Of a stretch of DNA of 64,000 bases, positions 54,092-64,000 are shown piece after piece. Within the stretch, counting starts at the first letter, position 1; the number at the start of each line of letters is the position of its first letter. Source of the DNA: an uncultured bacterium (GTDB taxonomy: Bacteria > Patescibacteriota > Minisyncoccia > Phycocordibacterales > PALSA-1337); assembly GCA_963701025.1 (NCBI GenBank), contig OY969557.1, positions 234,405-298,404 on the forward strand, written 5' to 3'. The notes beneath the pieces were generated by a model. It saw only the letters and a list, made by a program, of their open reading frames with translations, made no database searches and had not been told where the DNA came from. A program made the translations under genes and the position numbers.

Positions 54092-55801
54092 CTATCTATC
54101 AGGCGGGATATCGTAATAATTTATAAGAAATTTCGAAAGTTCTGAGAACGGGTTGGTCAGAGTGGCCGAAGCATAGAGAGCGCCTTTGGGATATATCTGA
54201 TAGAGGAAGATGATGAATTTTGGGTCATATGCCGGGAAAAACCCGAAGAATGAGTGTAGATAACGGCCAGGGTAATAGCCGCCGTTGACCGGGTCGGGGA
54301 TCTCGGCCGTGCCGGTCTTGGCTCCGATGGAATAGTGCTGCATGGCGATGGTGCCGGTGGCGAACGCCTTGTCCACGACGGCAACGAGCATGTCATCGAC
54401 TTCCTGGACGGTCTGCGGCTTGAGGAGCGGGCCTTGCTTCACCGGCTGAATGACTTTCTTGGTTCCATCAACATAGTCGATCTCGTCCACGACCCGCGGC
54501 GTCACGAGGTAGCCGCCATTGGCGAGAACAGCCAAGCCGCGTATCATCTCGATGGGTGAAACGGCGATGCCCTGGCCGAAAGCGGCCGTGGCCACGGCGA
54601 TATTCGATCCTCTCTTCAGATTATCGAGAAGGCCGGTGGCCTCATTGGGCAGATCGATATTGGTCGTAGAACCCAAGCCGAAACTGGAAAAATATTGGTA
54701 CATGGAGGCTTTTCCGGCTTTGAGGGCGATAGTGGCGGCACCGACGTTGAGGGATTGGCTTAATATCTGTTGCATAGGTATGACGCCGCGGGCTTTGCCG
54801 TCGTAGTTGCAGAACTTGCTGCCGTCTTCGACCATGCAACCGGTGTCGTCATAAGTGCTCGCCGGAGTCTCGGCGCCGCTATCGAGAGCAGTGGCCATGG
54901 TCAAGGGCTTCATGATCGAGCCCATCTCGTAGACGTGCTCCACCAGAGGATCGGCCAGGACCGAGACGCTCGGAAGATCGGCTAGATCGTTCGGGTCAAA
55001 AGTGGGCAATGAGGCCATAGCCGCGATCTCGCCGGTCTGGGGGTTCATGATGATGCCGCCGATCTCGCTCGGGTGCCACTCGGCCGAAGCGTCTGTTAGG
55101 ACTTTTTCCAGATAATTTTGAACGGATGGCTCGATGGTCGTGACGATGTCGCCGGCCGTATCGGCATTACTGCCAAAGACCGAGCCAAGACCGGAAAAGA
55201 GACCCGCGAATGCGTCTATACCCGATCCCTGTTCCGGCCGCGACAGGACGGAGTCATATGAACGCTCGAGGCCATAGCGACCGGAGACCGTGCTAGATGC
55301 CGTCTCTCCGATGATGCCGAGAACGTGGGCGGCCAAAGTGCCTCCCGGATACGAGCGCCATGCTTCGGGGGCGACGCCGACGCCGGGCAAATTTAAATTC
55401 CCTATGTTAGCCGCCGCAACTGGATCGACTTTGTGCGTGAATTCCGTGTACGAGCCCGGTGACCGCGCCGCTTGCATGAACGAGCTCTTATCGACGGCGA
55501 TATACTGTGACAATGCGGCATAATCCTGCGCGGCATTCCCGATCTGCTTTTGGTTGAGGTATATGAAATAGCCGCGGGACAATGCGGCGGCGGCGACACG
55601 GGTCCCGTCCCGGGCCTGGAAGAATATGGATCCGCGATCGAAGACCGACACGGTTGGCTTGGCATATTGTGCCTGGGCTCGTGCGGCGTAGGTGCCGCCT
55701 TTGACGATCTCTGTTCGATATAGGCTTGCGACGATGACGCATGCGGCGAGAATGATGCCGCCGAAGACGATCCTCATTCGGGTCCGCGCCTTAGAGTTCA
55801 T
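54092..55801 (-). CDS. ftsI: Peptidoglycan D,D-transpeptidase FtsI (class B PBP)
   Basis: N-terminal TM helix. SxxK (GSIMKP), SxN and KTG (KTGTAE) motifs. dcw context. Confidence 0.85.
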   Translation of the reverse strand: MNSKARTRMRIVFGGIILAACVIVASLYRTEIVKGGTYAARAQAQYAKPTVSVFDRGSIFFQARDGTRVAAAALSRGYFIYLNQKQIGNAAQDYAALSQYIAVDKSSFMQAARSPGSYTEFTHKVDPVAAANIGNLNLPGVGVAPEAWRSYPGGTLAAHVLGIIGETASSTVSGRYGLERSYDSVLSRPEQGSGIDAFAGLFSGLGSVFGSNADTAGDIVTTIEPSVQNYLEKVLTDASAEWHPSEIGGIIMNPQTGEIAAMASLPTFDPNDLADLPSVSVLADPLVEHVYEMGSIMKPLTMATALDSGAETPASTYDDTGCMVEDGSKFCNYDGKARGVIPMQQILSQSLNVGAATIALKAGKASMYQYFSSFGLGSTTNIDLPNEATGLLDNLKRGSNIAVATAAFGQGIAVSPIEMIRGLAVLANGGYLVTPRVVDEIDYVDGTKKVIQPVKQGPLLKPQTVQEVDDMLVAVVDKAFATGTIAMQHYSIGAKTGTAEIPDPVNGGYYPGRYLHSFFGFFPAYDPKFIIFLYQIYPKGALYASATLTNPFSELSKFLINYYDIPPDR

Positions 55802-56126
55802 GTCCCGATAAAGCGACGCTGCCCAATGAAGCCCTGCGAGGAATATACGCGGAGACGGCGCCCGGGCTCATGCCATAGGCCGACAGAGCCGACGGTGAGG
55901 CCGAATCGGTCAGACTTATGTACGCCGCGTCGAGCTTATTTATGGAGTTACCCAGAGCGTCAGCCTGCGCGGAAACGCGTTCGGCTGCTATCGTCTGTGA
56001 GATCGCGCCGTATATGTTGAGACCGTACCATGCCGCTGCAAGAAGACAGCCAGCGAAAAGAGCCCGCACGATGAAGACGCGGTTGTTGTGGACTGTCGTA
56101 TAGGTTTGTACTATGGCTTTGGTCAT
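55791..56126 (-). CDS. ftsL: Cell-division protein FtsL-like (small bitopic membrane protein)
   Basis: 111 aa with a TM helix, located between rsmH and ftsI. Confidence 0.5.
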   Translation of the reverse strand: MTKAIVQTYTTVHNNRVFIVRALFAGCLLAAAWYGLNIYGAISQTIAAERVSAQADALGNSINKLDAAYISLTDSASPSALSAYGMSPGAVSAYIPRRASLGSVALSGHEL

Positions 56127-56130
56127 TTAT

Positions 56131-57164
56131 TTATTGCTTTTGTATGATGCGGAGCTTGGCACTGCGAGAACGAGGATTTTCAGCTATTTCCTGGGGTCCA
56201 GCGATGATGGGCTTCTTGGTGAGGATGATCGCGCCGCAGCTCTTGAAAAATTCCTTAACGATGCGGTCTTCCAGGCTGTGAAATGAGATGACTGCCATCT
56301 TCCCTCCTGGGGCGAGTCTGGCGTATCCTTTCGCCAGCCCTTCCTTGAGAGCGGCGAGCTCGTCGTTGACCGCTATGCGCAAGGCCTGGAACGTCTTGGT
56401 CGCCGGATGGATCTTGGCGGGCTTTCCGCCGAAGCTCCTGCCGAAGCGCGGCACCGACTGCTTGACGATCTCCGCCAATTCGCCCGAAGTCTCGATAGTC
56501 TTCTTGGCGCGGTAGGCGACGATGGCTCGAGCGATCCTCTTTGCGTAGCGTTCTTCGCCATAGGCGAAGATGACATTGCCGATGTCTTCCTCTTTCCAGT
56601 TATTGACGATCGTCGACGCCGTGAAAGGATATGTCGCCGGATCGCCCATGGTCATAAGGAGCGGCTCGTCTTTCAAGAAAGAGAATCCCCTGCCGGAATG
56701 TTCCAGTTCGTCGGACGAAATGCCCAGATCGAAGAGGATGGCATCGAACGACGGCTGACCGCTGCTTTCTTTCGGAATGCTTACTCCAGAAAAATGACTT
56801 TCGATGACTTTATCCAGATTGCGGAAGCTTTCGCATTCGAGGATGATTTTGCCTCTTCCTTTCTCCATACTCCTTTCTCCATACTCCTTGAATATCTTCC
56901 TCGCCAGCTCGATCGCCCGCGGATCGCGGTCAAGGCCGATCATATTGAACTTCTCACCGGCAGTCTTCTCATAGGCTTCGGCTATGAGCGAGAGCATGTC
57001 CCGCCCCGCCGAGCGTTCCATCGAGATACCAAAAAGGCAAGGAGAACCAACAGGAAGTACGGAGGCATGAACGCTTCGATTATTTCATGTAAAAGAACAG
57101 GTACGTGAACACTCTCTCTATCCGCAACATTTCTCTCCCTATCCGTAATATCCGATGAACTCAT
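56131..57164 (-). pseudogene. rsmH: 16S rRNA m4C1402 methyltransferase RsmH interrupted by two frameshifts within about 60 nt
   Basis: The N-terminus MSSSDITDRERNVADRESVHVPVLLHEIIEAF is in one frame. YLDGTLGGAGHALA (the SAM-binding GGGHS block) is in a second frame. LIAEAYEKTAGEKFNMIGLDRDPRAIELARK onwards is in a third frame (ORF 56131-57021). The switches lie between about 57000 and 57060. Confidence 0.8.
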
Positions 57165-57166
57165 CG

Positions 57167-57640
57167 CTAGATCACTCCGGCCGACGCGAGCTTCTCGGCG
57201 ATGACGTCGGTCTTCTTGGCGAACTCGGCGCGATACGCTTCCCATACGTCGGCATCCCATATCTCCACCCGATTCATGACGCCGATGATGGCGGCGCGTT
57301 CGGTCAGACCGGCATGCTCCCGGATGTGCTCCGGCACGAGGATGCGGCCGATCGAGTCAACCGCCGCTTCAACCGCCCGTCCGATAATCAGGCGATTGAA
57401 GTTACGGTTATCAGTCCGCAACACCGAAGAACTGTCATGCCGCGACAAGCGGTCCGCGAACTCCTTCCACTCTTTCATCGTGAATACGAACAGGCAGTTG
57501 TCGATGCCCGGCGCGATCACGACGGTCGACCCCATTTCCTTGCGGAACTTGGCAGGAAGGGAGATGCGGCCCTTGTCGTCGAACGTATGCTGATGTTCTC
57601 CGATGAGCATATGTGTTATTGCGCGGGAATCGAGTCGCAA
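57167..57640 (-). CDS. mraZ: Transcriptional regulator MraZ
   Basis: MLIGEHQHTFDDKGRISLPAKFR ... two SpoVT/AbrB-like repeats; 157 aa. Its stop lies 2 nt before the rsmH start. Confidence 0.9.
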   Translation of the reverse strand: MRLDSRAITHMLIGEHQHTFDDKGRISLPAKFRKEMGSTVVIAPGIDNCLFVFTMKEWKEFADRLSRHDSSSVLRTDNRNFNRLIIGRAVEAAVDSIGRILVPEHIREHAGLTERAAIIGVMNRVEIWDADVWEAYRAEFAKKTDVIAEKLASAGVI

Positions 57641-57822
57641 AAGTTAGATCTCTATAGATCGAACCTTATTTGCCACTTCTTCCCACTTGCATACCATTCT
57701 ACCCCACTTTGCTCTATTTTGTTTACCACCTTGAAAATAGCCATTTGGGGATAACTTGGGGATAGGAAAAAGGCCTAGAAAACTAGGCTTTGAATAAGAT
57801 TATCGAAATACTTTACACGTTT

Positions 57823-58585
57823 CTATCCAAACCACTCCACAATCTTCAGTCGATATTTCTCCATACAGCTCACTCCCAAACCGAATAGCAAGGAGAGTAG
57901 TATTAAAAAGAATCCGCCGGCAAAAACTACGGGAATGTTATACAACGACCCTGCGGTAATCATGAAGTGACCAAGCCCGACATCCGAGGAGATGAATTCT
58001 CCGATAAATGCACCGAGAATGGCGAAACCAATGTTTAGTTTCATTGAAGACAGTACCCAATCAAGCGAAGCTGGGAATATGACCTTCTGAAGTATTTGGA
58101 AACGCGAAGCGCCGTATATCTTCAATAATTTATACTGCTCTCCGTCAATGCTTTTCGCACCCTCATATGCCTGGGTGAGAGCTATGAGAAATACACCGAA
58201 GGCCGCTAGGGCTATTTTCATCGATATTCCTATACCGAACCAGATGATGATGAGAGGGGCGAAAGCAAAGACCGGGATAGCACCGAGAATGACGATGTAG
58301 GGCTTGAAGATCTGCGCTATCCGTGCCGAATACCAAAGCAGGAATCCGATGAGTGTTCCGAGAATGATGCCGATGACAAAACCGATCAAAGTTTCAATGC
58401 CAGTAATCCACATGCTGTAGGGTAACACTCCATTTACCGTATTCGCCACAATGGCTTGCCAAACAGTCGACGGAGAAGCAAAGAGGAATGTGATGTGCGG
58501 AGAGACGGCAATAAGCTGCCAAACAATGAGTAATCCGATGAAGATACAGAGGGATATGATCCAATTTATATATTTTGTCTTCATG
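57823..58585 (-). CDS. ABC transporter permease (NitT/TauT family)
   Basis: Six TM helices and an EAA-like loop. The start is probably MKTKYINW at 58585, 4 nt after the ATPase stop. Confidence 0.8.
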
Positions 58586-58588
58586 ATA

Positions 58589-59328
58589 TTAGGATTCCTT
58601 GCCCAGAAGCTTCCATATCGTGTCGAAGTGGCTTTGAAACCTGTCCGTTTTCCGGATATTGACTGGATCACGATATTCTTCTTCAATCTTGATATCTGCC
58701 TGATACGATATCGTGGCCGGTTTTCCGCTCATGAGCATCACCTTGTCACCCATGGCGATGGCTTCTTCGATATTATGTGTGAAAATATGCCGATCTTACC
58801 GCTATTCTTAATCTTAAATCGATCTGTTTCCAACCGTAGGCGGCTGTCGAAATCAATGGCTGAAAACGGCTCATCGAAAAGGATGATGTCAGGGTCCTGT
58901 ATCATGGCCCGGACCAAAGAGACTTTTTGTTTCATACCGCCGGAAATCTCGTGAGGAAAGGCTTTTTCGAAACCATCAAGTCCAATCTCCTTTACGAGCT
59001 TACCTGCTTTAGAGATATCTTCGTTTCCTACTTTTTTCTTAATCTCTATCGGAAGCAAGATATTTCGCATCAATGTCCTCCATGGCAAAAGCAGATCCTT
59101 CTGCGGGACATAGCCGATCTTGCCGGAAACCGATACCGAGCCGGAGTCGGGCTTTTCTAGACCAGCGATGATATTGAGAAGGGTCGTCTTACCGCTGCCG
59201 CTCTTTCCTACGATAGAGACTATTTCTCCTCCATTGATGTCGAAAGATATATAAGACAAGACCGGAAGAGTCTTACCGTCTAGATTAAAGCTTTTTGAGA
59301 TACCTCTGACCTGAATGCGCGTAGACAC
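58589..59328 (-). pseudogene. ABC transporter ATP-binding protein (NitT/TauT family) with a single frameshift
   Basis: Walker A GKSGSGKTTLL, signature ISGGMKQKVSLVRAM, Walker B ILFDEPFSAID. After about aa 180 the conserved continuation (IFTHNIEEAIAMGDKVMLMSGKPATISYQADI...) is in another frame. The switch is near 58781-58796. Confidence 0.75.
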
Positions 59329-59333
59329 AACAT

Positions 59334-60332
59334 TTATTGGATAGATGCCGCCTTTTGAGCAAAGGAATTATCTATGTATGTAGCATAATCTGGCAATACC
59401 TTCAAATCTCCTAAATCTACACGGAGCTGGGTCGCTGCCTGCCATGCAGCCTGACTCGTCTCCGTATTCACTGGAAAGATATTCAGATTGATCATGTTCT
59501 GCACGGCCGCTTCGGCGACACCTCGGTCTACATTGAATTGCGTAGCGAGCGTATCCGCGGCATCTTTCGGATTGCTTCTCAAGTAAGTATCAGCTTCTTG
59601 GAGGGCGTTGACGACTTTTTGAACTACTTCGGGGTTATTTTTTACATAATCAGGCAGCGCCGTAAGACCCGTCACGGCAAAATCGGGATATTGAGTATCC
59701 AACGAGTAGACAACGTGATAGCCCTGCTTTACGGCCTGGGAGACATTCGGCTCGAATTCAAGGGCAATATCCACTTGCTTGGCATCTAGAGCAGCGAGGA
59801 AACCGCCGAACTGGATTTCCTTTATATTGGGAGTCAGTCCGACTGACTGGAACATTTTCTTTTGTAGAACATAGTCGGTGGATGGAGCCGGTAGCGTGCC
59901 AACCGTATATCCTTTGAGCATCGAAGCGTTCGTTATCTGCGGAATGCTCGCGCTCTTTGCCAATCCCCAGAATGGAACGCCGTTCAAGACTGCTGCGACA
60001 TCGACACCCGGTTCGCCCTTCTCTCCCGATATGGCGATAAAGGTCGGATCGCCAATCGCAAACTGAGCATCGCCACTCAGGACGGAAGCGAATGCCTTTT
60101 CATCGCCGCCAGCAGTCGTGATAGTCACATCAAGACCTTGTTGCTTGAAAAATCCCTTATCTTGGGCAATCCACAGAGGAGAATGCAGAAAGACTGCGAA
60201 TGCTTCCGAGATAGTCACCTTCTGAAGCGATTGGGAAGCGGATTGAGAGCTGTTGTTGTGCGTGGAGAAAGCATAAATGACGATGATAATTATCACTAAA
60301 AGGACAACGGCCCAAATGGTTTTTTTATTCAT
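59334..60332 (-). CDS. ABC transporter substrate-binding protein (NMT1/SsuA/TauA-like)
   Basis: Signal/TM N-terminus, periplasmic binding fold, operon with the ATPase and permease. Confidence 0.75.
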   Translation of the reverse strand: MNKKTIWAVVLLVIIIIVIYAFSTHNNSSQSASQSLQKVTISEAFAVFLHSPLWIAQDKGFFKQQGLDVTITTAGGDEKAFASVLSGDAQFAIGDPTFIAISGEKGEPGVDVAAVLNGVPFWGLAKSASIPQITNASMLKGYTVGTLPAPSTDYVLQKKMFQSVGLTPNIKEIQFGGFLAALDAKQVDIALEFEPNVSQAVKQGYHVVYSLDTQYPDFAVTGLTALPDYVKNNPEVVQKVVNALQEADTYLRSNPKDAADTLATQFNVDRGVAEAAVQNMINLNIFPVNTETSQAAWQAATQLRVDLGDLKVLPDYATYIDNSFAQKAASIQ

Positions 60333-60425
60333 TGAGTTGGTTTACTCTGATAACTGTCTTTGACACTATATAACACATCGACTACGATTTCAATTACCTT
60401 CAATTATCTGAAGAGATTATAACTG

Positions 60426-61913
60426 CTACCCCCTCGGCCTCATGAGCGGGAACATCTGGGTCTCGCGGAGCGGCTTACCTGCGAGGACTGCGAAGAGGCG
60501 CTCACCGAAGCCGAAGCCGCAGGCTGGCGGCATGGCGTGCTCGAGCATCTCGACGAATTCGTCGTCGGGCATCATGGCTTCGGTATCGCCGCTTTCGAAA
60601 AGCTTGTTCTGCTCGTCGAAACGCTTCTTCTGGTCGATCGGATCATTGAGCTCGGAATAGCCGCGGCCGATCTCACTGCCTGCGATGAGCGGCTGGAACA
60701 TCTGAACGATCGGACGGATAGCGCCTTTTTTATCGACGACGGATTTCGCCAAGGGGGCGACGAGAGTTGGATGATTGATGAGGAAGGCGGGCCCGGCGAT
60801 ATTCTTCCGGCAATATTTCCAGATCGTGTCCACGAGCCGTTCGCGACTGGCGCCTTCATACGACACCTTGAGGCGGTCTAGTGCTTTCTTAATCTCGGCG
60901 TCGGATGCCGTGGCGATGTCGACGCCGGTCTGCTTCTTGATCTCTTCCGTATAGTCGATCCTCGCCCATTCTCCGGCAAGGTCGAAATCATGACCGCGCG
61001 AAGAGAACTTCGTCGTGCCGAAGACTTTCTGCGCCAGCATGCGATAGAGCTTCGTCACCAGCTTCATGCCGTCCTCGTAGTCGGCGTATGACCAGTAGAA
61101 TTCGAGGTTAGTGAATTCCTGGACGTGGTCGGGGCCCGATCCCTCGTTGCGGTATATACGTCCGATCTCGAATGTCTTGGGAAATCCGGCGGCCATGAGG
61201 CGCTTCTGCCAGAGCTCGCCGACGGAGATGCGGAGATACACGTCCAAATTGTAGTCGTTGTGATGCGTCTTGAACGGCGCGGCTTCCGCTCCGCCGGTCG
61301 TCGTCTCCAAGGTCGGCGTTTCCACTTCGAGGAATCCTTCGTCTTTCATGAAATCCCTGGTCACTTCCCAGAACTTCGCTTTCTTATGGAAAAGATCTCG
61401 AGATTCCGGATCCATGATGAAGTCGAGATAGCGCTTGCGCAATCGCTCATCTGGATCGGTCAGACCGTGCCATTTTTCCGGCAGAGGCAGAAGCGATTTG
61501 GCCGCCATCGTCCATGAGACGACGAGAATGCTCTGCTCTCCCCTATTGGTGGTGAAGCAATTTCCGGTCGCGCTCACGATGTCGCCGATATCTACGGCTT
61601 GCACGAGCACGTCGAATAGCTTCGACTCGAGAGTATCTTTCTTGACCACTGCTTGAAGGGTGCTTGTGCCGTCATCGAGGACGAGAAAAATGATAGCTCC
61701 TTGTCCGCGGATAGCCATGACACGGCCGGCGACGGAGACCGGTTTTCCGGCATGGGTGCCTCCTTTTCCTTCTTCATAGTCGGCAAAATTCTTGCGGACA
61801 TCGGCCAGGCACAGATCACGCGGCACTTTCGCCGGGTATGCCTGCATACCCGCCTTTGTGAGCAGTTCTAGCTTGGTGAGACGAGCCTGTTTCAATTCTT
61901 CGAGAGAAGCCAT
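60426..61913 (-). CDS. lysS: Lysyl-tRNA synthetase, class II
   Basis: N-terminal OB-fold anticodon-binding domain and class II motifs 1-3 (e.g. FLEVETPTLE..., GFGFGERL). 495 aa. Confidence 0.85.
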   Translation of the reverse strand: MASLEELKQARLTKLELLTKAGMQAYPAKVPRDLCLADVRKNFADYEEGKGGTHAGKPVSVAGRVMAIRGQGAIIFLVLDDGTSTLQAVVKKDTLESKLFDVLVQAVDIGDIVSATGNCFTTNRGEQSILVVSWTMAAKSLLPLPEKWHGLTDPDERLRKRYLDFIMDPESRDLFHKKAKFWEVTRDFMKDEGFLEVETPTLETTTGGAEAAPFKTHHNDYNLDVYLRISVGELWQKRLMAAGFPKTFEIGRIYRNEGSGPDHVQEFTNLEFYWSYADYEDGMKLVTKLYRMLAQKVFGTTKFSSRGHDFDLAGEWARIDYTEEIKKQTGVDIATASDAEIKKALDRLKVSYEGASRERLVDTIWKYCRKNIAGPAFLINHPTLVAPLAKSVVDKKGAIRPIVQMFQPLIAGSEIGRGYSELNDPIDQKKRFDEQNKLFESGDTEAMMPDDEFVEMLEHAMPPACGFGFGERLFAVLAGKPLRETQMFPLMRPRG

Positions 61914-61928
61914 AGGTGTCGCTATGCC

Positions 61929-62402
61929 TTATTTGAGCGCGGCGATCGTGTAGCTCATAGCCCCCTTGGGCGTCTGGACTTTTATCTTATCACCTTGTTT
62001 GTGTCCCAGGAGGGCGGAGCCGAGTGGAGAGATGTTGGATATTTTGCCCTGGGACGTATCTGCCTCTTCGGAGCCGACGATGGTATAGAGGAACGACTTT
62101 TTCACCGTATCTCCATCCCGTTCCAGTCTGACGGTAGATCCGACGGCAATGACGCTTCCGCCGGAGGCCGCGGCGATGACCGCGTCCTTGAGAAGGCTCT
62201 CGACATAACGGATGCGATCTTCGACTTCCGCTTGTTCTTCGCGGGCTTGATGATATTCGGCGTTCTCCGACAGATCTCCGAGCTTCTTGGCGTATTCCAA
62301 GTGTTCCGCCACTTCTTTACGCCGTTCGGCTTTCAGATATCCGAGCTCTTTCTTCAATTCGGCGAACTTTTCAGCGGTGAGATATTGCGTATCGTGAGAC
62401 AT
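61929..62402 (-). CDS. greA: Transcription elongation factor GreA
   Basis: N-terminal coiled-coil, LSENAEYHQAREEQAEVEDRIRYVE, and a C-terminal FKBP-like domain. 157 aa. Confidence 0.9.
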   Translation of the reverse strand: MSHDTQYLTAEKFAELKKELGYLKAERRKEVAEHLEYAKKLGDLSENAEYHQAREEQAEVEDRIRYVESLLKDAVIAAASGGSVIAVGSTVRLERDGDTVKKSFLYTIVGSEEADTSQGKISNISPLGSALLGHKQGDKIKVQTPKGAMSYTIAALK

Positions 62403-62427
62403 GGCATTATTATATCATATTCTTCAT

Positions 62428-64000
62428 CTATTTGAGGTATTCAGGAGTGTTCGCTTCCATCCAATCAAGCGTAGCTTTCATGGCCGCGGCGGCACCTGAC
62501 GTTTCGGTCACCGACCCGTGCTCCAGGGTCACGGCAAAAGCATACCGCGGATTTTCGTATGGCCAGAAGCCGGTGATCCAGGAGTTAACGTTGGCCCGGG
62601 AAACTCCCAGCTCGGCCGTACCGGATTTGGCCGCGACATCCACATATGGGACGTCGAGGACATGGGCCACGCCCACCTGCACGCCGAGGCGCATACCCTG
62701 GTGAACGATGTCGAAATCGGCCTTGGGTAGACCAATGATGCTTTCGACATTGGGCCCGTCTCCCTTGAGGATGGTGGGGACGAGCAGGGTGCCTTCATTG
62801 GCTATGGCGCCGACCGCCGCGACTACCTGGACCGGCGTCACTTGCCAGCTGTATTGACCGATGGCGCTGTGGTAGGTATCACCGAGATACCAACCCTCAT
62901 TGAAGGCCTGTTCTTTCCATGCGGGCGACGGCACTAAGCCGGCGGGACCGGAGAAGAATGAGGGCGGCGTGGACGAGCCGAAGCCGAACATGCCCATGTA
63001 GCGGTCGATGCGCGATATGCCGAGGCCTGGCTGATCCTTGTATCCCCCGCCTACCGTGTAGAAATAGACGTCTGACGACATGGCGATGGCGTGGCGCATG
63101 TCTAGATCGCCGAGGGCCTTCCAATCGCGAAAGTAGGCCACTTGGGTCGGATCATACGGATTGGTAACGGTGATATAGCCTATGTCGCGTACGATCGTTG
63201 ACGGGTCGATGATGTGTTCGTTCAAGACGCCCATGGCTTCGTACGGTTTGACGATAGACCCCGGCGTGTATAGACCGTTGACGGCCCGATCAAGGAACGG
63301 GCGGTTCGGGTCGTTCAGGGCGGCATTGATCGCCGCCGTGTCGGTCTTGTCGGACATGACCTGCGGGCTGTATCCAGGATAGCTGGTCATGGCCAGGACT
63401 TCCCCAGTATGGACGTCCATGATGATGCCTGCCCCGCCGTTATAGCCGACGGTTGTGGCGATCTTCTTTATATTCTCGTAAAGGGCCGACTGCACTCGGG
63501 CGTCGATGGAAAGGTCGATATTTTGGCCCGCTTGCGGCGGTTGGACCACATTCTCCGAGACAATATGATTTTGGGCGTCCGCTTCCACCAGGCGGGAACC
63601 GTTCACTCCCTGCAATATGCTGTTGTAGTATTTTTCGACCCCGGCGAGACCGGTGAAATCTTCCTGATAATAGAATCCGTTCGCGTCCTTTGAGGGATAT
63701 TGGACATAGCCGAGGACATGGGCCAAACCGGTAGTCGTGGCGTAGTCGCGCTCGGCTACGAAGTCTTCGGCGTCGGTATCCGTGGCCGAGCCAGCATACG
63801 AACCGGGAGCATTCCAGGCTAGCATAGCGCCGGTGCGGTCATATATGACGCCGCGGGCGGCAAATATGGGCACCGGTCGGAGGAGATTGGCCTGGCTCCG
63901 GAGAGCGTATTCAGCGCCGTGAATGACCTCAAGATTACCCGCTTGAGCCAGGTATACGATAGCGACGATGAGGAACAGGCCGAGGGTAGAATACAGGACC
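62428..64000 (-). CDS. mrdA: Peptidoglycan D,D-transpeptidase PBP2 (MrdA-like), 5' end beyond the window
   Basis: SxxK (GSIVKPY) and KSG (KSGTAE) motifs. The reading frame stays open upstream to the window end (...VLYSTLGLFLIVAIVYLAQAGNLE... TM helix). Confidence 0.8.
   Translation of the reverse strand, partial: VLYSTLGLFLIVAIVYLAQAGNLEVIHGAEYALRSQANLLRPVPIFAARGVIYDRTGAMLAWNAPGSYAGSATDTDAEDFVAERDYATTTGLAHVLGYVQYPSKDANGFYYQEDFTGLAGVEKYYNSILQGVNGSRLVEADAQNHIVSENVVQPPQAGQNIDLSIDARVQSALYENIKKIATTVGYNGGAGIIMDVHTGEVLAMTSYPGYSPQVMSDKTDTAAINAALNDPNRPFLDRAVNGLYTPGSIVKPYEAMGVLNEHIIDPSTIVRDIGYITVTNPYDPTQVAYFRDWKALGDLDMRHAIAMSSDVYFYTVGGGYKDQPGLGISRIDRYMGMFGFGSSTPPSFFSGPAGLVPSPAWKEQAFNEGWYLGDTYHSAIGQYSWQVTPVQVVAAVGAIANEGTLLVPTILKGDGPNVESIIGLPKADFDIVHQGMRLGVQVGVAHVLDVPYVDVAAKSGTAELGVSRANVNSWITGFWPYENPRYAFAVTLEHGSVTETSGAAAAMKATLDWMEANTPEYLK

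Noticed and set aside
1-64000. CRISPR arrays, rRNA genes, inteins, group I/II introns
   Set aside because: No short regularly spaced direct repeats were seen and no rRNA-like conserved blocks. dnaB, valS and leuS are continuous, without Hint-type splicing motifs. The leuS insertions are NUDIX-like, not intein-like.

Overview
This 64 kb window of bacterial chromosome is almost entirely coding and is organised in minus-strand operons. It resembles a small-genome uncultivated bacterium such as CPR/Patescibacteria, but that attribution is weak.

Core genes recognised:
- DNA repair and replication: uracil-DNA glycosylase family 4, uvrC, uvrA, recR, rmuC, dnaB, ddl.
- Translation and tRNA: mnmA, leuS, valS, lysS, rplU, cspA, greA, plus seven tRNA genes.
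- Envelope and division: mltG, the dcw cluster mraZ-rsmH-ftsL-ftsI-murF, and a second PBP (mrdA).
- Metabolism and transport: ychF, zwf, psd, plsC, an MsbA-like ABC exporter, a NitT/TauT-type ABC importer, and two 7TM-anchored sensor histidine kinases.

Accessory content:
- Two identical 1064-bp IS30-family elements in inverted orientation (7082-8145 and 44928-45991) bracket about 36.8 kb.
- Downstream of the second IS copy is a low-GC island, roughly 46.0-52.7 kb. It carries a defence-like gene, a GATC-type restriction-modification module (beta-class DPPY methyltransferase, MutH/Sau3AI-like endonuclease, small PD-(D/E)xK-like protein), a HUH rolling-circle Rep, a large serine recombinase whose 3' end overlaps tRNA-Glu, and a GC-rich structured non-coding segment.

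Most unusual observations:
- leuS encodes a 1194-aa leucyl-tRNA synthetase carrying two in-frame insertions, each with a complete NUDIX box. Two further stand-alone NUDIX genes lie nearby.
- At the left edge, a tightly packed minus-strand cluster of nucleotide-centric genes: UDG, two tandem nucleoside 2-deoxyribosyltransferase-like paralogues, a truncated HD phosphohydrolase, and an ATP-cone protein fused to an Mrr-like nuclease.
- A PEP-CTERM secreted protein lies next to a large Gly/Trp-repeat secreted protein.
- An operon encodes a TylF-like methyltransferase, a CofE-like ligase and a PLP-dependent enzyme, next to a Tyr/Gln/Pro-rich PKD-like surface protein.
- Many otherwise conserved genes (uvrA, ddl, rsmH, a NUDIX gene, both ABC systems) are interrupted by single-base frameshifts, several at homopolymers. 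This indicates either indel-type assembly errors or genuine gene decay.

No rRNA genes and no CRISPR arrays were seen.
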